Below, in pieces: positions 30,751-45,610 of a stretch of DNA of 64,000 nt. The stretch comes from Bugula neritina (lineage: Eukaryota > Animalia > Bryozoa). The notes under the pieces were generated by a model. The model saw nothing but the letters and a program-made list of their open reading frames with translations, was not told the DNA's origin and ran no database searches. Each line of letters begins with the position of its first letter. Position 1 is the first letter of the stretch. The translations under genes were made by a program, and so were the position numbers. The stretch is taken from the NCBI GenBank assembly GCA_964035545.1, contig OZ037766.1:7430722-7494721 (forward strand). The letters run 5' to 3'.

Positions 30751-33700
30751 ATGAGCAGTGGGTCAACTAGACCAGGGCCCCTTATACAAAGGCAGGGCTT
30801 TATCAAGAGAGCCCCGAGTGGCAAACTATCAGCATTCAAGGTTAGTAACTATCAGTGTAATAATTTTATCACAAATATAGATAGCTGGTGTAAGTTCTTA
30901 GCATCATTCTATTAGCTTACTAGCTTCCTAGTACATGGTATTGTGGGATTTATTGTCAAAGTTGATATTGATTAGCCTTAGAGCACACAATACAAAAAAT
31001 GTCTTTCATAATATATTTTGTGTTGTATGCTTGATAATTATATAAAACATATTGTGTTGGATTACATTATTGTATAGCATTGCATTGTGCCTATTGTTCA
31101 AGGCAGACAAAAGAGCTATGATTAATTTTACAGTCAATTGATAAATTATACCTATATTTGCTGTTTTGCATAATTTTGCTATGTGTAAAACTACCAACAT
31201 GTAGAAATGGGAGAAGAAATGGTGTGTATTTGCGCTGTCCAAGCGATGCGGGCCGGTCCTTGACTTTTTTGAGAGAAAAGAAGACACTGGAGGAGGTCCG
31301 ACTGCCGCAGCCAATCGAGTGGAACTGCAGTATACTAAGCAAGTGTGTGCTGCCATACAGTGTAAAGTTCCCTATACATTCATCATTGTCACCGACAGTA
31401 GAATTCTTAGCCTGGCAGCAGTCAGTCAGTGAGTATAGCAAACTGTCAGCTGTATCACCTACACCCGTGTTGAGTGACATGCATACACACAAACGTGTGC
31501 ATATAACCTATCTATGTAGTAACACAAGTATAAACTTTTCGACCATGTATACACACGTTAGCATAGCTTGTACGAGCAAATGAGTAAACTGCAAACAGTG
31601 TATTAGTGTGTATAGCAACTAGCAAATAGAGAAGTGTATTTGGTAAATGTAATAGGAAAGATAGGTGACACGTGTGGACACTAGCAATTTGCTGCCGATG
31701 TCACCGGCTGCTGCTTTTGTCACTTTGGGTCAGTCACTGCAGCTGATTACTTATGACACTCAGTTGTTTTATTTACATTATTATATTCACTCTTATCAAC
31801 GCCTGTAAATTATTGGCTGGTTTATCTCTTACTTTCCTACCACTGAGCTGCAAGTAATACCTTTCCTATCAGAATGAGGAAGTTGTTCACGTGTAATCAG
31901 CTAGTTTCTTATACCAGCCATTCTCTTGCATTCATTGGATTAAATATGGTTTTGTTTGGGTATAAATTGTACTTCCGGGTGTTACTAATCAATCGTTTCC
32001 AGTCTCAACTCCAAAAGAGCAATTTTTTAAAATATTTATCCGGTCCAATGAGGTCTAACATATAAAAAGATTGATTCTAGTTGTATTATATCTAATTTTA
32101 TTCTCGGTATGTTGTGTAGAAATGACGCTGATGCTTGGATATCCTGTTTACGTAGAGTTCTTACTAAAGAAAATTGCCTGCAGGTTAGTATATTATAAGC
32201 AGAATACAAGTGAAAGCAGTTTGTTGTATTCTGTGCAATGTGACATTTACTTCCTCCTTTTCATAAGCTTTGGTCAGCCGTTTTAGAGCTAGTCCAGCAA
32301 TGCTTTCTCTACTTTAGTCAGTTCTGTGTTATTAGTGTAGGTGAATTGTTCCCTACATATGTACTCATGTTACACTAGCAGTTGTATAAACCATCATGGC
32401 AATGTAAGTTATTACTTACTGTTATATTGACATACATTCTGCACATTGGCATATCTCTGACATACCATCTAACAATGAACAAGTATTGTATTATTGTGTT
32501 ATTTGCTTAGCCAGTGCTCCAGGTGCGAGTATTTCAAACACCTGAAAAACTGTAATATCAGGCTGAGGGGAAACTCCAATATACTGCATATTGAGCATTT
32601 CTTAGCCAGCCACGCTATTTAGCATCTCCAGATGTAACACAATACCGTATTATTCAAAATTGCATCCTGAATGACTGTACACACATCCTACTTTACATAC
32701 GGTTTGATTGGAATGCTTAGCCTCTGCAATCAGGAACACTGGATATTTTAATAGGATTAACTGATTACAAGGTGTGGTAGACAATCACACTATAGTTTTG
32801 TTATAATTAACCTGACATTCACAAACTCAATACCTGGTACCTGCTGTGTAAAAACATACAGAAGTTGCTCTACGTGTTGTGCCCAGCAAGTTTTCAGTTT
32901 GATCTTTAAAAATTATAAAGTAACCGTCAAATTTTAACAAAAGCTGTTCAATTTTCAAGCATCAATATCGCTGATACTTTTCATTACTTGTCAGCCATAG
33001 TATAAGGCAGTTTCTCTCAATCATTGGATGTGTGAGTTTTGTTTCAACAGCATTTTTGTTTTGAATTTTATCCTTCTCTAAAAAATATAACTTCTCAGGA
33101 AATATAAAAATAGATCAAATAAAATAGCTCTCACGCCAGTTTATAGTCACTATCCCTGTGAGAAACCCCTGATGGAGGTTTGTTTAAAGTGGGCTAAGGA
33201 CTTATTCATATGTGGCACAGGAGCGCCCATGACTTCGTGTTTACTAAGCAAAATGTTTTAACCCCTAGATCAAGGCTGTCTAACAAGCAGCCCCAGGACC
33301 GGGTGTGGCCCCAGCCTACATTTATATGGCCCTCGAAGACATAACACATTAAGTTATTTTGCACACATATGAATTAGAGCAGAAAAAACCCTAGAACACA
33401 GCTGCTCCACATCAAATAGCATAACTTGTGTAGGTAACATAAGAGTTATCTGCACATAATTGCGTATATATCTAATGACTGCTGCAGAGTTCTGAAGATC
33501 ACACTTATGAGGTGGGTGCCACTGGGTTAACTCGCCAAGAGCAGGAGAGGATAGCCAGGTCTAAGAGACGACCTCCCACTCCACCTTCTGACACAGACAG
33601 CGGGGAGGACGCTGCTGCCGGTATTATTATAAACTTGACTGATACATACTATTCTCTGTGACATTCTGTGGAGTATTATTGTGTGCTTCGCTGCTGTTTG

Positions 33701-36700
33701 TCCATTCTACTACTTCTAATGTATTGATGTTCACATTGGTGTTGGTTTGTTTCATCATAATATTTTCTATTTGCTGCGACCATGCAGATTTTTTATAAAT
33801 ATAAATTTATTTACATGCTTGTGCCCATTCTCTATATTGACATTGTCATATTTTATACTGTGTTGCTTAATATGCTGGTAATGTAATTTCAAAGATGCAA
33901 AGTTTTCTGTATCAGTACTTTACTGACTATAATGCAGATGAGGATGTATCAGAGACACCACCTGTTCCACCTCCACTATCCCAGCATCCATCACTCGTAC
34001 CGGTATTATCTCGGCGGATTTCTAAGGGTCCCCTACCACCTCCCGTCCCATCAACAAGTAGACCTAAGGCTAGGCAAGATAATGATACCAGCTCAAATAG
34101 AGGGTCAGTTGATATATTTGCACCTTTTCTAAGCATTTCCTGTTATGACTCATTGTTTACCAAGTAAGCTAGGACCTGTTTGGTCTAATACAGTAACACC
34201 ATCATTATGGTAGACCATACCTATCATTAGTATATAAATACCTACTGTCAGTTTGACATTGCTGGAGCTTAGTTGGGGATTAATTACTTGTTTTAATGTC
34301 ATAAATTTTCTGTTGTAACTTGTTGATTAAAGAAATACAGCCAAATATTAGATCAGTAGCACAGGTGTTGTGAGTCGAGATTCAAGTGTCATTATGTTTA
34401 CTAAATTTTTGAATTCTTGAAACCTGGAGTTTAATTTACTGACGTGGTTGCTAAATATTGGAGGTAGGTGCAGTAATGGAGAAATTGAGAAAAGCCTGTG
34501 TTTTGAATTAGATATGTAGCATAAGAAGTTATGTTTTTGTAAAAATTTCAACTAATTCAAACGAAAATTTAATAAGAAAATTAAAGAACTTAGACTATAT
34601 CAATTTCTCCACTGCTGCTCTTAAATAAAATATTGACACTTGAGAAACCATTAGGTTCACAGTTGCTGTGTGGGATACTCAAATTTAATATTTATATAAC
34701 AAGCAACTGTGTTGAGTAGCTTCTAGAAATTACTGCTGGGGTTTTGAAGTAGATATCTGTTTTTTCATAATGTTGACACATTTGAATCGTTGCTATAGAG
34801 TTAAAGTACAAAAAAGATTAGTATATAAGTTGTTACATTGACTAATTAGCCACTTTTATTAAAAGGGCATCGAAGTTGTCCTCACCCGAGTTAAGAGTAA
34901 ATGGAATTTTGTTTATTGTTGCCCAATTTATTTACTAGACTTATCAAACTTGAACTTGGAAATGATGGTTGTTGGGTTTGAAAGCTTGATTCGTAGCCAA
35001 CATTGTCACTAAAACTTAAAATATTGTTTGGTACATCGGCACTAAAATTATTTAAATCTGAAGCTCTTTTTGTAAACTGTTAGCCATAAGTAAGTAAAAT
35101 ATTATACAGTTTTGTGTATTTCAGAACTTTGAAGCCGTCAGGTGAAGACGCTAAGATGAATATGGCACAGGTGCTGATGAATTATGAGGAGAGCCCAGAT
35201 ACGACATACGAGGCGGGGGATAGGGCCGCTATAAACCGGGCCGTCCGAACTCTGGATCACAGGCAACTTACTGCTTCTTTAGAAAGGGAGCAGCAATTTG
35301 CAGGTAAGATGTATTGAAATACCACATCTTTTCCTAATATTGGGTGGTCGGATTATTTAAAAAAAACTGCTCTAGATTGTGACTCTTGCAACTTTTTTTC
35401 TGAGCATTTTGAGTTACAATGTTTGGATGTGAGGAATAACTAAGTCAATGCAAATCATAAAAGGCATAACTCCCAGTGTGTGTTACCATCAGCTCAGTTT
35501 TAAGTTTTTTATTATAAGGCAAATTGACTTTGTGAGCATTGATGTGGGCTTTTTTGCTTGTAAACTGATTTTTCATTTGTTTCTAGGAATAAAATTTCGT
35601 AACTTTTAACATAAATTTGTAATCATATTTTGTAAATTGTGAAATAACAAAGCACCTCATGCAGCAAAAACAAAGATTAATAAATTGGCAAAAACCAAAG
35701 TGAGTAATTGATAGTTGGCAGCTATACTGCTCAACATGACATGTGAGCTATGAATTTGTCGAAATTATGTTTTTTTCAATTTGGTAAATCAATGCAAGTG
35801 ATTAAATTGTACAGCTAACCATACTTTTAGTATGCTAGTGCAGCACAATTCTCTTTGCAAATTGCTGCGTATACAACTGTTCTTACCTGCCCTTTCAATC
35901 AGTTTTGGTATTTTTCTAGCCTCTGAAACTTCTGCTTCTAAATCTTCTAACCTTCCTCTTTATGCCGAAGTTAAAAAGCCGAACAGTAATCACAGAGCAC
36001 CTGTAGCACCTCGTAGAGTTAGTACAATTTCTCGCGTTGAGCATGACTTTAGCCCATCATTGGCTGGTTTGTCACCTACTGATGCAGGTCAAAGTGCATC
36101 GGCTATAAGTGCTGCCGCCGGTTCACAGCAGCTCCCAGGGTCAGCTTACTCTTCGGAAGATGAAGCGGATGATGTGTATACTTGCATGGATAGTTTTGCT
36201 GACGGCCAGGAAGAGCTGATTCATATCACATCACAGCTGGAACCTGCAAATGAGAACCACTATGACTTCGATGACAATGATTTTGAACTTCCAGCTTCAC
36301 CACTTGAAGAAAATTTGTATGATGCATTGCCAGCACCTCGGCCTGTCGTTCCACCTTCCCAGTTGTTGCTTCCCCCAGAGTTGCCTGCTAAAAAGGTTAT
36401 ACATTTGAATAACTCGTCCAACTCAATAGCTGATGCTAGCACGGCGACTAAAGAAAGCGAGACGACGAAACAATATCCTACTGCAGCTCCTCGGAGACAT
36501 CACTCTGAACGGAGACATCATGGTCAACCGAAAATTTTGCCTGAGCGAGTTTCGAGTGACCTTTCCTTTAAGACCGGAACTTCTCGCGGGTTTAAACCTC
36601 CGGTACCATCCCGCAGAGAGCATGTCCATAACAACATAGACGATCAAGATACGTACGAGAATGCTATGGGATTATTTGGCACAGGAGTGACTACTGCAAG

Positions 36701-39700
36701 CCGTGATCTAAATAAACGTAAAACAAGTGATTTCGCCAGTCCGTTAGTACAGCAACACCAAACTTCATCGGCTACACCTACTCTGCCCAGTCCCAACGTG
36801 GCACCACAGCAACCTGTTGGTTTGTCAGAACCGCCGCTGCCTAGAGTGCCAAAGCCTGCTAGCAATAGTCAGCAAGCACAATCTCCAGTAGCTGCTCTTT
36901 CAATTACCTCCACATCAACTCCTACCGTCAATGGTAAAGTACTACAGTCAGGGAGTGATGAAATTCGTCCATCACTCAATAGTGCATTGCAAGTAAATAT
37001 CCCGATAGCAGATGGGGAAAGCACTGACAGCTCCCTTACTGCACCTGTAGTTAGCCCAGGTTCTATAAGCTCAAGTAACCAGCCAGAGGAAAGCAGCTTG
37101 CCTTGCAGGTATGTGGCTTCTATCAGTTTGGAGTAGTTACCTCCCACACCCACCCACACACTGTGTCTGCTCTGCACCACACTAGTAACCAATCACTGAA
37201 TATGCCGGCTCCTGTGATGATTCGCTTATGTTATTTTCAAGAAGAATATATACTACAGACTATAACACTTATTTATCGAAAATGACTAGATTGTATATTT
37301 CAAGTTCTACTTTACGTTTTATATATATATGACTCTCTCGTGACAATCAACTAGTATGACAATAAGACATTTGATTAAATCCACATATGTAATCTTTCCT
37401 AGTGATCAAAGCGGTTTACGGAATCAACTGGAATATGTTGATAAAGCGACTTTACCCTCGGATGAAGCTCCTCCCCCTTATACACCTCCTAGACTATTGA
37501 ACGATAGTCAGCTCTCTAACAACATGGACTGCATAGCTGAGGGCAACAGTGAAGAAGATTCAGAACCTGAATACATCAATCACGCAGACGTTAATAAACC
37601 CATCACTGATTGGCCAGTGTCTGCAGCAGCTCTCTCCAATCACTCAGAGCCTTTGTATGACTCACATCCTGCTTTTATTAGACATACCACTACATTACCA
37701 CACCAAACAGACAAAGACGGCTACAATAACTCTTCACCTTTCAACTCTTCAGATTCTAAAGCTCCAACGCTTCCTGTTAGGAAATCGTCTCCACACACTC
37801 CACCAGGTTTGTAAATTTACCAGAATTGGCTATTTTCCAATAATACTGGAGAGTATAGCGGCATAATAAACTGACTATGTATATTTTCTGCAGAGCGTTT
37901 AGTTGAATGCAACTAGGTTATTGATAGTTTAAAAATTATATGAATCGTTTTAGTTGTTATGGTCGACTAGCCGACTTATTCTGTTTGTTTCATGCTGTTG
38001 GGACTGTTTTCATTGTTGGAGACATACAACAGTTTCTGATCTATTTTAATGGCTGAAATTTCAAGCCATGTTTCAGGTTTTTTTATGACGGTGTTAATGC
38101 AATGTCGCTACGCTCTATAATACACGGTATATGCTTAGACAGCCTTGCTTAGCCAGAGTATTGTGAGATGGTGTTGTTGTTGGAAGATTCAATATCTCTC
38201 TTATGCAGTAAATGATTGTAATGTAGGAACACCTCCCTTGTATGCTAGAGTCAATGCATCAACCTCAACCCATCCCCCCACCCGTCTACCTCAGAACACA
38301 AGCTATAGCTCACCTGTGGATGACGTCGTTCACAGACTGGAAGATAGTTTCCCTCGCATGAAGCAGACGAAATATAGCCGGCGTCCGAAAAGCCACTTGG
38401 AGAATGTTGTCATGGTTTCTCCAAACGCTGACAGCTCTAGTAAAAGGTAAACACCGGCAAATGTACTCCAGAGGTTTGCTGGCATATTTATTTCAACGTG
38501 AAAAGGGATTGTGTTTTGTGCTGGTTTGAGTTGTAAGTTGAAATTTTATTATTAGCATCCAAGAAAGTGTTGCCATCTCACTCCATGAGGCATAATATTT
38601 CACTCGTTGGGTCATAAAACCGTTGCAAGTTGATTATTTGAGCTGAAAAATATTTTTTAAGTTTAGTTTTTAAGATCCCGTGGCATTTAATTTGATTTGA
38701 AAACACTAACTGCTCTGCCGTAAACTTAGGTAAACTTAGATAAACTTAGATAAAGTTGACTCATTTTTCTGTCAAATAAATGTGATTTGGTGTTGCTCTA
38801 GAAAAATGGCTACACTATCTTGTAGTCTCATTTTTAAGCAAGTTTTAAAACATTCAATTATAGCCATTTTTCAATTTCATTTCGTTGTGATTTTAGAACT
38901 AGAAAGTCTGCATTTAGAAAGTCATTTAATGTTCCGATGAAGCTGAATGATGAGGAGATGACTCCAGTTACTAAGCGTGAGTATGCTGGTCTACCCACTA
39001 ACCTAGATCTTCCCACTCTACAGTAATCAGAGTATTTCTATGATGTTAGGGATGATGTAAAAATGCTTATTTAAGTACTTCAGATTTTTTCATTTGCAAA
39101 AATTTAATTGGGCAGAAAATGCTTTTGTATGATTATTGTGTGCTCAAGTTAAAATTTAAGTTTTGGAAATATTTATTCAAATCTGTGGTTAAAATTAGTT
39201 ATGGATCATATTTACAAAAATAAACTTTTTCAATTCATAGTCTTGCAAAGCTTTCTAAGCGTAGCGTACTCGTTTTGATTTTACTTGATATTTGATCTCA
39301 AATTGTAACCAGTGTTTCTCTAGCCACTATTATCTATTTGTGACTTTTGCTAGAGGGGAAGGGTGGGTCTCCTACTACAAAGGAGGTGGGGAGAGGGTGT
39401 TGATTTCTGCTTGTGAGAGAACTAAATCTGCTGCCATAAAAAGCATTACTAAAGCCAGATTATTGTAGCCTGAAATTTATTGCTCTCATTATTATTTAAC
39501 CTCGCACTTACACTCGCGCACACACACATCTTGTTTCTGTATGTAGTTATATGACTTTTAGCTGTGGTTCCACCACGCTCTTCCAGCTCTACCGACAAAC
39601 TTGATTCAACTACAGCAGAGTATGATCACATCATCAGACAGAAGTCAAGGTTGGCCAATCAGAGAATGGTTAGAGCAGGAAGTTCATCTGATGACAGTGA

Positions 39701-42316
39701 TCCTGGAGTTGGTAAGACTGTAGTAGCAAATTGTAATCAGTTTGAAATGCCATATTTCATTGCACTTGCTCTAGTTATATTCAATTTATTACTGGTTTAC
39801 TGTTCTTCCTACTTATTAAAAACCTGTTTTCAGCTCGTAGAAGACGCAAACCATCCATCACAGATATCAGGCAGCGACGGAAGTCAGCACCCCCTAACTC
39901 TTTAGATATCAAGTTACTTGACCTTTCACCTTCTACAGCAGCGCCCTCTGCACCCCCAGTGTCTGCCTCTTCTAATCAGCTTGGTAACGCAAGTGGTGCT
40001 GGTGCCAGCTCACCAGCCAAGCTGAAAGAGAGACGTTACAGCAGACTACCTCTACCAGGTGGCACACTTCTTAAGGATGGTAAAGTGTTTAAAGCTGCAC
40101 AGAGAGAAGAAAACTCTAAAAGTATTCTCCTAAAACAAGCTCAGGTACTTTGTTAGTTAATGTTTGTTGTCCTTGTGGAATATTTCACTAAAAGATTTTG
40201 CCTGATTATTTGAGAATCATGCATGCCTAGTACAATGCTATAGATAGATAAACTATTTTTAAAACACTTGGCTAAGGTTCAAGGTATTGTATTTATACTA
40301 TTTTTATTCTATTTGTTATGCCACTAATGATGCATTCAGCTTAAAGTCCGTATCATATGAAATGTTGTGTGTTTGAAGCCAGCTAAGCTTTTTGTAACTT
40401 CAAGTTAGTTTTTCCTATCAATGTGATATTTTAGACTGAAATCCTACAACGAGAGATTGCACATTATCACGGGGTCAGGGTGACTGTATGGCGAAAAGCT
40501 CTGAAGCATGTGTTATTTGTGGAGATCATGAACTACATATGGTGGGCACTGCTTCTGCCTCAAACATGTTTCATGTTATATTAGGAGATTTTTTCAGTAT
40601 TTCTGAAATAGGCCAGGCTATGGCTGTTGAAACTCAATGGCAGACAATCTTATATTTTATTAGATTGTTTTATGTTGTGAAAGAGAAGATGATGAAATTA
40701 TTTCGCAGCATTTTAACAGTGTTTAGGTTAACTCTAGTTTGGTTATTGAGCAGCATTGCTTTTTGAAGATCATACTCTACTTGATTATACATATTATCTT
40801 TTATTTGGTGCTACATTTATACATGGCCATATTATAAAATACTACATCATGTTATAGAAAAATTCACTCTGATAAAACCCGGTTGGAAAAGTACTGCTTG
40901 TTTCTTCCGAAAATCTAAACCATACTTATTTTAGTTTAATAAATTTGTTCATCAGCCTACTAACATAATGTACTTGGTTTATTAAATACAAGTTATTTAT
41001 TGGAATTACTTACACTGTTTAGGGTGGCCGGCTGGAATCAGAAGGAATGCCCGTTGCTGTGCAGCATATTTCACATTGGTGACAAGGTCTTGTCAGTGAA
41101 CAATGAGACATTTACATCCACAGCTAAGCTGATGAAGTTCATCAAGAGGTCTGATCGGGATGCCAAGTTCGAGATAGTACTAAGGAGGCTGCCCTTTGGC
41201 AAGACATACTTTATTCATAGGAATATAGACTATGAAAACATTGGATTAGAAATCAAAGACAGTTCTGCTGAGGTGGGTGCCCCATTCTCCTAGTTTAAAC
41301 AGCTATGCTGACAATGCAAGTTTCCACCTAGATAGCTTTAGTGTTGCACTGTTAACCTCTAGACAATACAAATGTAATGCTTGACTTGCTTTATCTTATT
41401 GTCTTAATTAATTTCTATCTGTTAATAGATAGCTCAGTTTTCAACACTATACTTTTTCAAGTTTGTTAGGTGCTGCTATGTTATTAGCATACATTATGTA
41501 CATGTTGTATGAAATGTGAACGCCGTGATAGTTTATACTACCATTTTTAGTTCCTGGAGTTGTCCAATACTTGACTACTTTACTTATGCTTCAAGAATGA
41601 AGTTGAACGTAATCCGACACTCATACGCAGTAGTTGTCTTATCTTTTGCAGGTGATCGGAATTGAGAAAGGCAGCTTGGTTGCTCAACAGGGTTTGCGAA
41701 TTAATCCTAACAAAGCCTTTGGTCCTGGGCAATGCCATTGGACAGTCACGGAGGTTAACCATCGCCCGCTAACTCTCATTGCAGCAGAATCAGATGCAAG
41801 TATTTCTATATTATTAGAGTTGTCTCCCTATATGTATCTTGTACTTTGGGAGAGTAACTACTATAATTTCACTCATAGTACAACTGGCCAGTAAGATCTG
41901 TGGAGAAATGATGTGTTAATTACTCTTGGCAACCTAGTCAATGCTGGAAAATTTAGATTGTACTTCCTGCTGTGTTTCCTTCAGTTCGAATTGATGCTTG
42001 TATGGAGGAATTTGTGGTTGCGGTTTGCATGCACTTATGGCTGTAATTTCATTTGATGCAACTGTTTCCAAACAGCAAATCCGAATCATGGAAATGTAGT
42101 GATAGTTCCTACAAGTTAACAATTTGACTAAAACACCTCTGTAGTATATTTTATTTTTGTAAACAACTTTTTTTATTCTGTTTGCAGGCTAAGGCTAGAT
42201 TGACAGCTGTGGGTAAAGATGTATCGTTTGTGGTGCAGCCTCTAGACTTCATTGAGCTGCTGAAGAAAGCATTGAAGTCTGCCACTTTTAGTTGGAAAGA
42301 TTATTTAGTCTCGTGA
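30751..42316 (+). CDS. PH-domain, Tyr/Pro-rich, C-terminal tandem PDZ-like adaptor protein, ~1279 aa, 16 coding exons (30751-30840, 31205-31428, 32120-32183, 33488-33620, 33938-34103, 35125-35303, 35920-37108, 37403-37806, 38227-38446, 38897-38976, 39562-39711, 39834-40144, 40435-40541, 41023-41272, 41652-41795, 42188-42316)
   Basis: PH signature RQGFIKR...KWEKKWCVF...LSLAAVSQNDADAWISCL. PDZ-like segments FHIGDKVLSVN and IGLEIKDSSAEVIGIEKGSLVAQQGL...TEVNHRPL. All exon phases agree and total 3840 nt; first downstream AATAAA at 43556. Confidence 0.88.
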
Positions 42317-43555
42317 ATTTCTCTCGCAATCACTACTGCTGCACGTGTGGCAGTATTGTGTAATCAACTTGTGTACTTTGTTCAGTGTTTTTTTGCTCAA
42401 CTACAATCAAAAGAGTTTCTCTGTATAGACCTATATATTATTTGCAAAAGCTCCAAATGTGATGGTGTGAATGGCAAGTCATCACTGGGCTTGTGTGTTC
42501 TTCTAAATATAGATGCTGGGTGCAGGTGGAAAGAGCTCCCAGCACAAACATACACAACTCATGCGGGCGGAACCAAGCCTCTAGTTAATAGACGAGTTGA
42601 AATAATTTACACGCATGTAGCTGCCGTATTCTAATAATAGAATAGAATTGTCTAAAGTCTAAAACTTATTTCTACAATAAGCTTTAATTTGGGTTAAAAT
42701 TCTGTACTGTATAGTATACCAGCTCCGTCTACACAGTGTTTTAAGTAGCAATGCCATACAACCTTGTTCTATACCTTTATTCATATGGTTTACTTGTTTA
42801 CATAAAGTTGGCACACACTTGTGCATGTATAGCTGTGTAATAGAGCCAATAGTTTCATGGTAAAATCACAATATTTCCTTTGTGTTATCTAATAAGGATA
42901 GGTCTTTGTTGTCATTCAGTCTTTTCATGTTAGATAAGGTAACTGAAATTGATCATCAACACTATTTAATACCTGATTATATTACTACCTGTGAATTGCA
43001 ATATGGTGTATTATTATTGTGTAGGGTAGGCTTTGTACTCTGCTTTGTGTTCTGCTAACTCAATAGTCTCTGTGTTCAATTTTAGCCAACTTGTGGTCAA
43101 ATGTGTCTGGTGATTGCATTATCTACTTTCTGTCACATTCATTCCTGAACTATGCATTTCTACTTTTTTACTTCTAACTACCAAAACATATTTTTGCTTT
43201 TAAAAATAATCCTCAGTGTTACTGGTGAGTCTTCTGGTTTTGAGTCTGAGGTGTTCCATTCTTTCACATGCCTTTTTTGTTGGGCCTTATGAAATCATGA
43301 CTAATCATGTGTACTTATATACAGCCAGCATAGCTACCCTACTGTGTTGGCATTTGTTGAGGACTTGACTCCCTGTCTTTGCTGAAAAAATATTGGTTTT
43401 TTATATAAAACTGGCTATGCATATTTAAATATTCTTATTTTATTGTAGAGTATATTTTTCAATTATTTTATATAAAGTGTGTTGGCTTACAGATTTTGTT
43501 AGTACGTTTTATCCCTATTTTATATGCTCTGATTTGCTGTGGCAAAAGTAGCACA

Positions 43556-43561
43556 AATAAA
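43556..43561 (+). terminator. Probable polyadenylation signal of the PH-PDZ gene (~1.25-kb 3' UTR)
   Basis: First AATAAA after the stop at 42316, followed by T-rich sequence. Confidence 0.5.
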
Positions 43562-44825
43562 TACCATATTTACTTGAGTGATATTACATGTTCTTAATTT
43601 TATTTCATATTAAAAACAGGCAGACAATTTTACAGGTTTGCAGCGTGGAAGTTCAATATAAAGTACATCATTGTGAGTCCAATGTTAAAACCTCTAACAG
43701 ATTACTTGAGCTATTCAAATTGAACAATCATGGCTTTTATATTATCGATTAACTCCATGTTCAAATAGTAACAGAGAAAGCATGGTAAAACATTCAATGA
43801 CTCTAGAAATGCTCTTTTCAGCTGTATTTTTTCTAACTTCTGGAAAAATACAAAATGGTGGAAAAATTGGCCTTGCCTTACTATGAATTGAAATATTCTA
43901 TCTGGTTTGGCCTATGCTTACTGTCGCATTGCATTGTATCTTGACTATCAGTTCAAACTGCTCAGAGGATTTGGCAGTGAATAAACCTATTCATTCAATG
44001 AAGGTAGATTATGACGTAACGTCACTTGACAAAATAGCTGGTCAGGAGTTGAAGGTGTGATCTGAAACTATTTGCATTCAGCTGATTCAGTATTTAACAA
44101 AATGCTAATTATTAAGCAAGTTATGTGAGGAAATCAGCTGCACATCTATAATTAAATTATTTCTAGCTGTGATTTGCAAACTTTGTATCACAAATATCTG
44201 AAAAGAAGCAGCTGGTTACTGCTAATGATGGTACAAAAGTTAGCACTCATTCAAAAACCATTTTAGTGTATGTTGAAACAGATGGACCTTTTACCAAGCT
44301 ACACCAACAGGATTGTAATTGTCCACGTATTATATTTCTGTCACTTTGATGTTGTGCTATTTTAGTGTCAGACCTACTTGAAGAAACTTTGAGTCGGATG
44401 TAATCTGTAAAAATAAAAAAACAAGTGTGAAGCCGCATAGCCACAAGTGTAAAGCCATATACCAATGGTGGTAACACTCTAGTTGGCTTATTGACACTAG
44501 CAATAACTCATTTTGTTCATTTCAATATCAAATGATAGTCCTATATTGTGGTGATTCAGTGCAAAAGAATTAATCTTTGCCAAGAAAATTAAATTTGTAT
44601 GTATAATATCAGATTTTGGATGAGAGGAATGTGACCAACCCACCCTGATCAAAACCCAAAGCTATTTCATTCAGGCAATAAATGGTTAAACTTTACAGTA
44701 TTGCAGCAGTTGGAGGCATGGACATGGCCAGTTTGTACCACAAAACCCCTCTCTCTGGTCACTAGCCAATTTATTTTTGAGTCTACATTATCCCATTCTT
44801 TGTTTGAAGTTTTATATGCATGATG

Positions 44826-45135
44826 CACACACAACACACAACACACACTCACAACATACACGAAACACACAACATACACACAACATACACACAGCATACA
44901 CACAACATACACACACACACAACATACACACAGCATACACACAACATACACACAACATACACACAACATACACACAACATACACACAGCATACACACAGC
45001 ATACACACAGCATACACACAGCATACACACACACAACATACACACAACATACACACAGCATACACACAACATACACACAACATACACACAACATACACAC
45101 AGCATACACACAACATACACACAACATACACAACA
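44826..45135. repeat. 11-bp tandem repeat ACACACAACAT/ACACACAGCAT (CA-derived)
   Basis: Read directly; explains the spurious Cys/Val and His/Thr ORFs in the track. Confidence 0.95.
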
Positions 45136-45610
45136 CGATATTCAATCTATAGTACAATATTTTATGGTCTAATCACCTTTTTGCCAACCATAAACTCCTA
45201 AGGACTGTAAGTCATATTTACATAATGCACACATAGACGTCCCATTCTGCTTTTGCGTGCTTCTAACCACTGAATTAAAAAGTTACATTTCATTGCTTTA
45301 AACTTATTGGACTTTGACTAGGTTTTCTTGTTTTCAGGCCAGACAATTTCCAACGATGCAATTTTAAACATGAGGGCACGGATTTATTAGCTTAGTACTT
45401 GTGTTTGTTGGTTCTAAAGGCATTGTACATCAACCGCTGAGCAACAAGGATGTAAAGTTATCTCTACTTTCTCATCTATTGGCTCCTCATTTAAATATAT
45501 GTTTGACATAGCACAAAGTTGATAGTAGATTGGTACAGCAAAAACTCAGCATGGCTAGTGTTTGGTTACACTAGTTTATATTTATGGTAACATTTCTGCT
45601 ACTATGTAGC

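Noticed and set aside
31006-31583. Three track ORFs of 116-141 aa
   Set aside because: Shadow frames of the real PH exon 31205-31428, which reads in a different frame.
44247-44404. Isolated minus-strand exon-like segment with a strong acceptor (similar case near 19965)
   Set aside because: No partner exons or homology; cannot support a gene.
44667-45172. Cys/Val- and His/Thr-rich ORFs (metallothionein-like look)
   Set aside because: Translations of an 11-bp tandem repeat.
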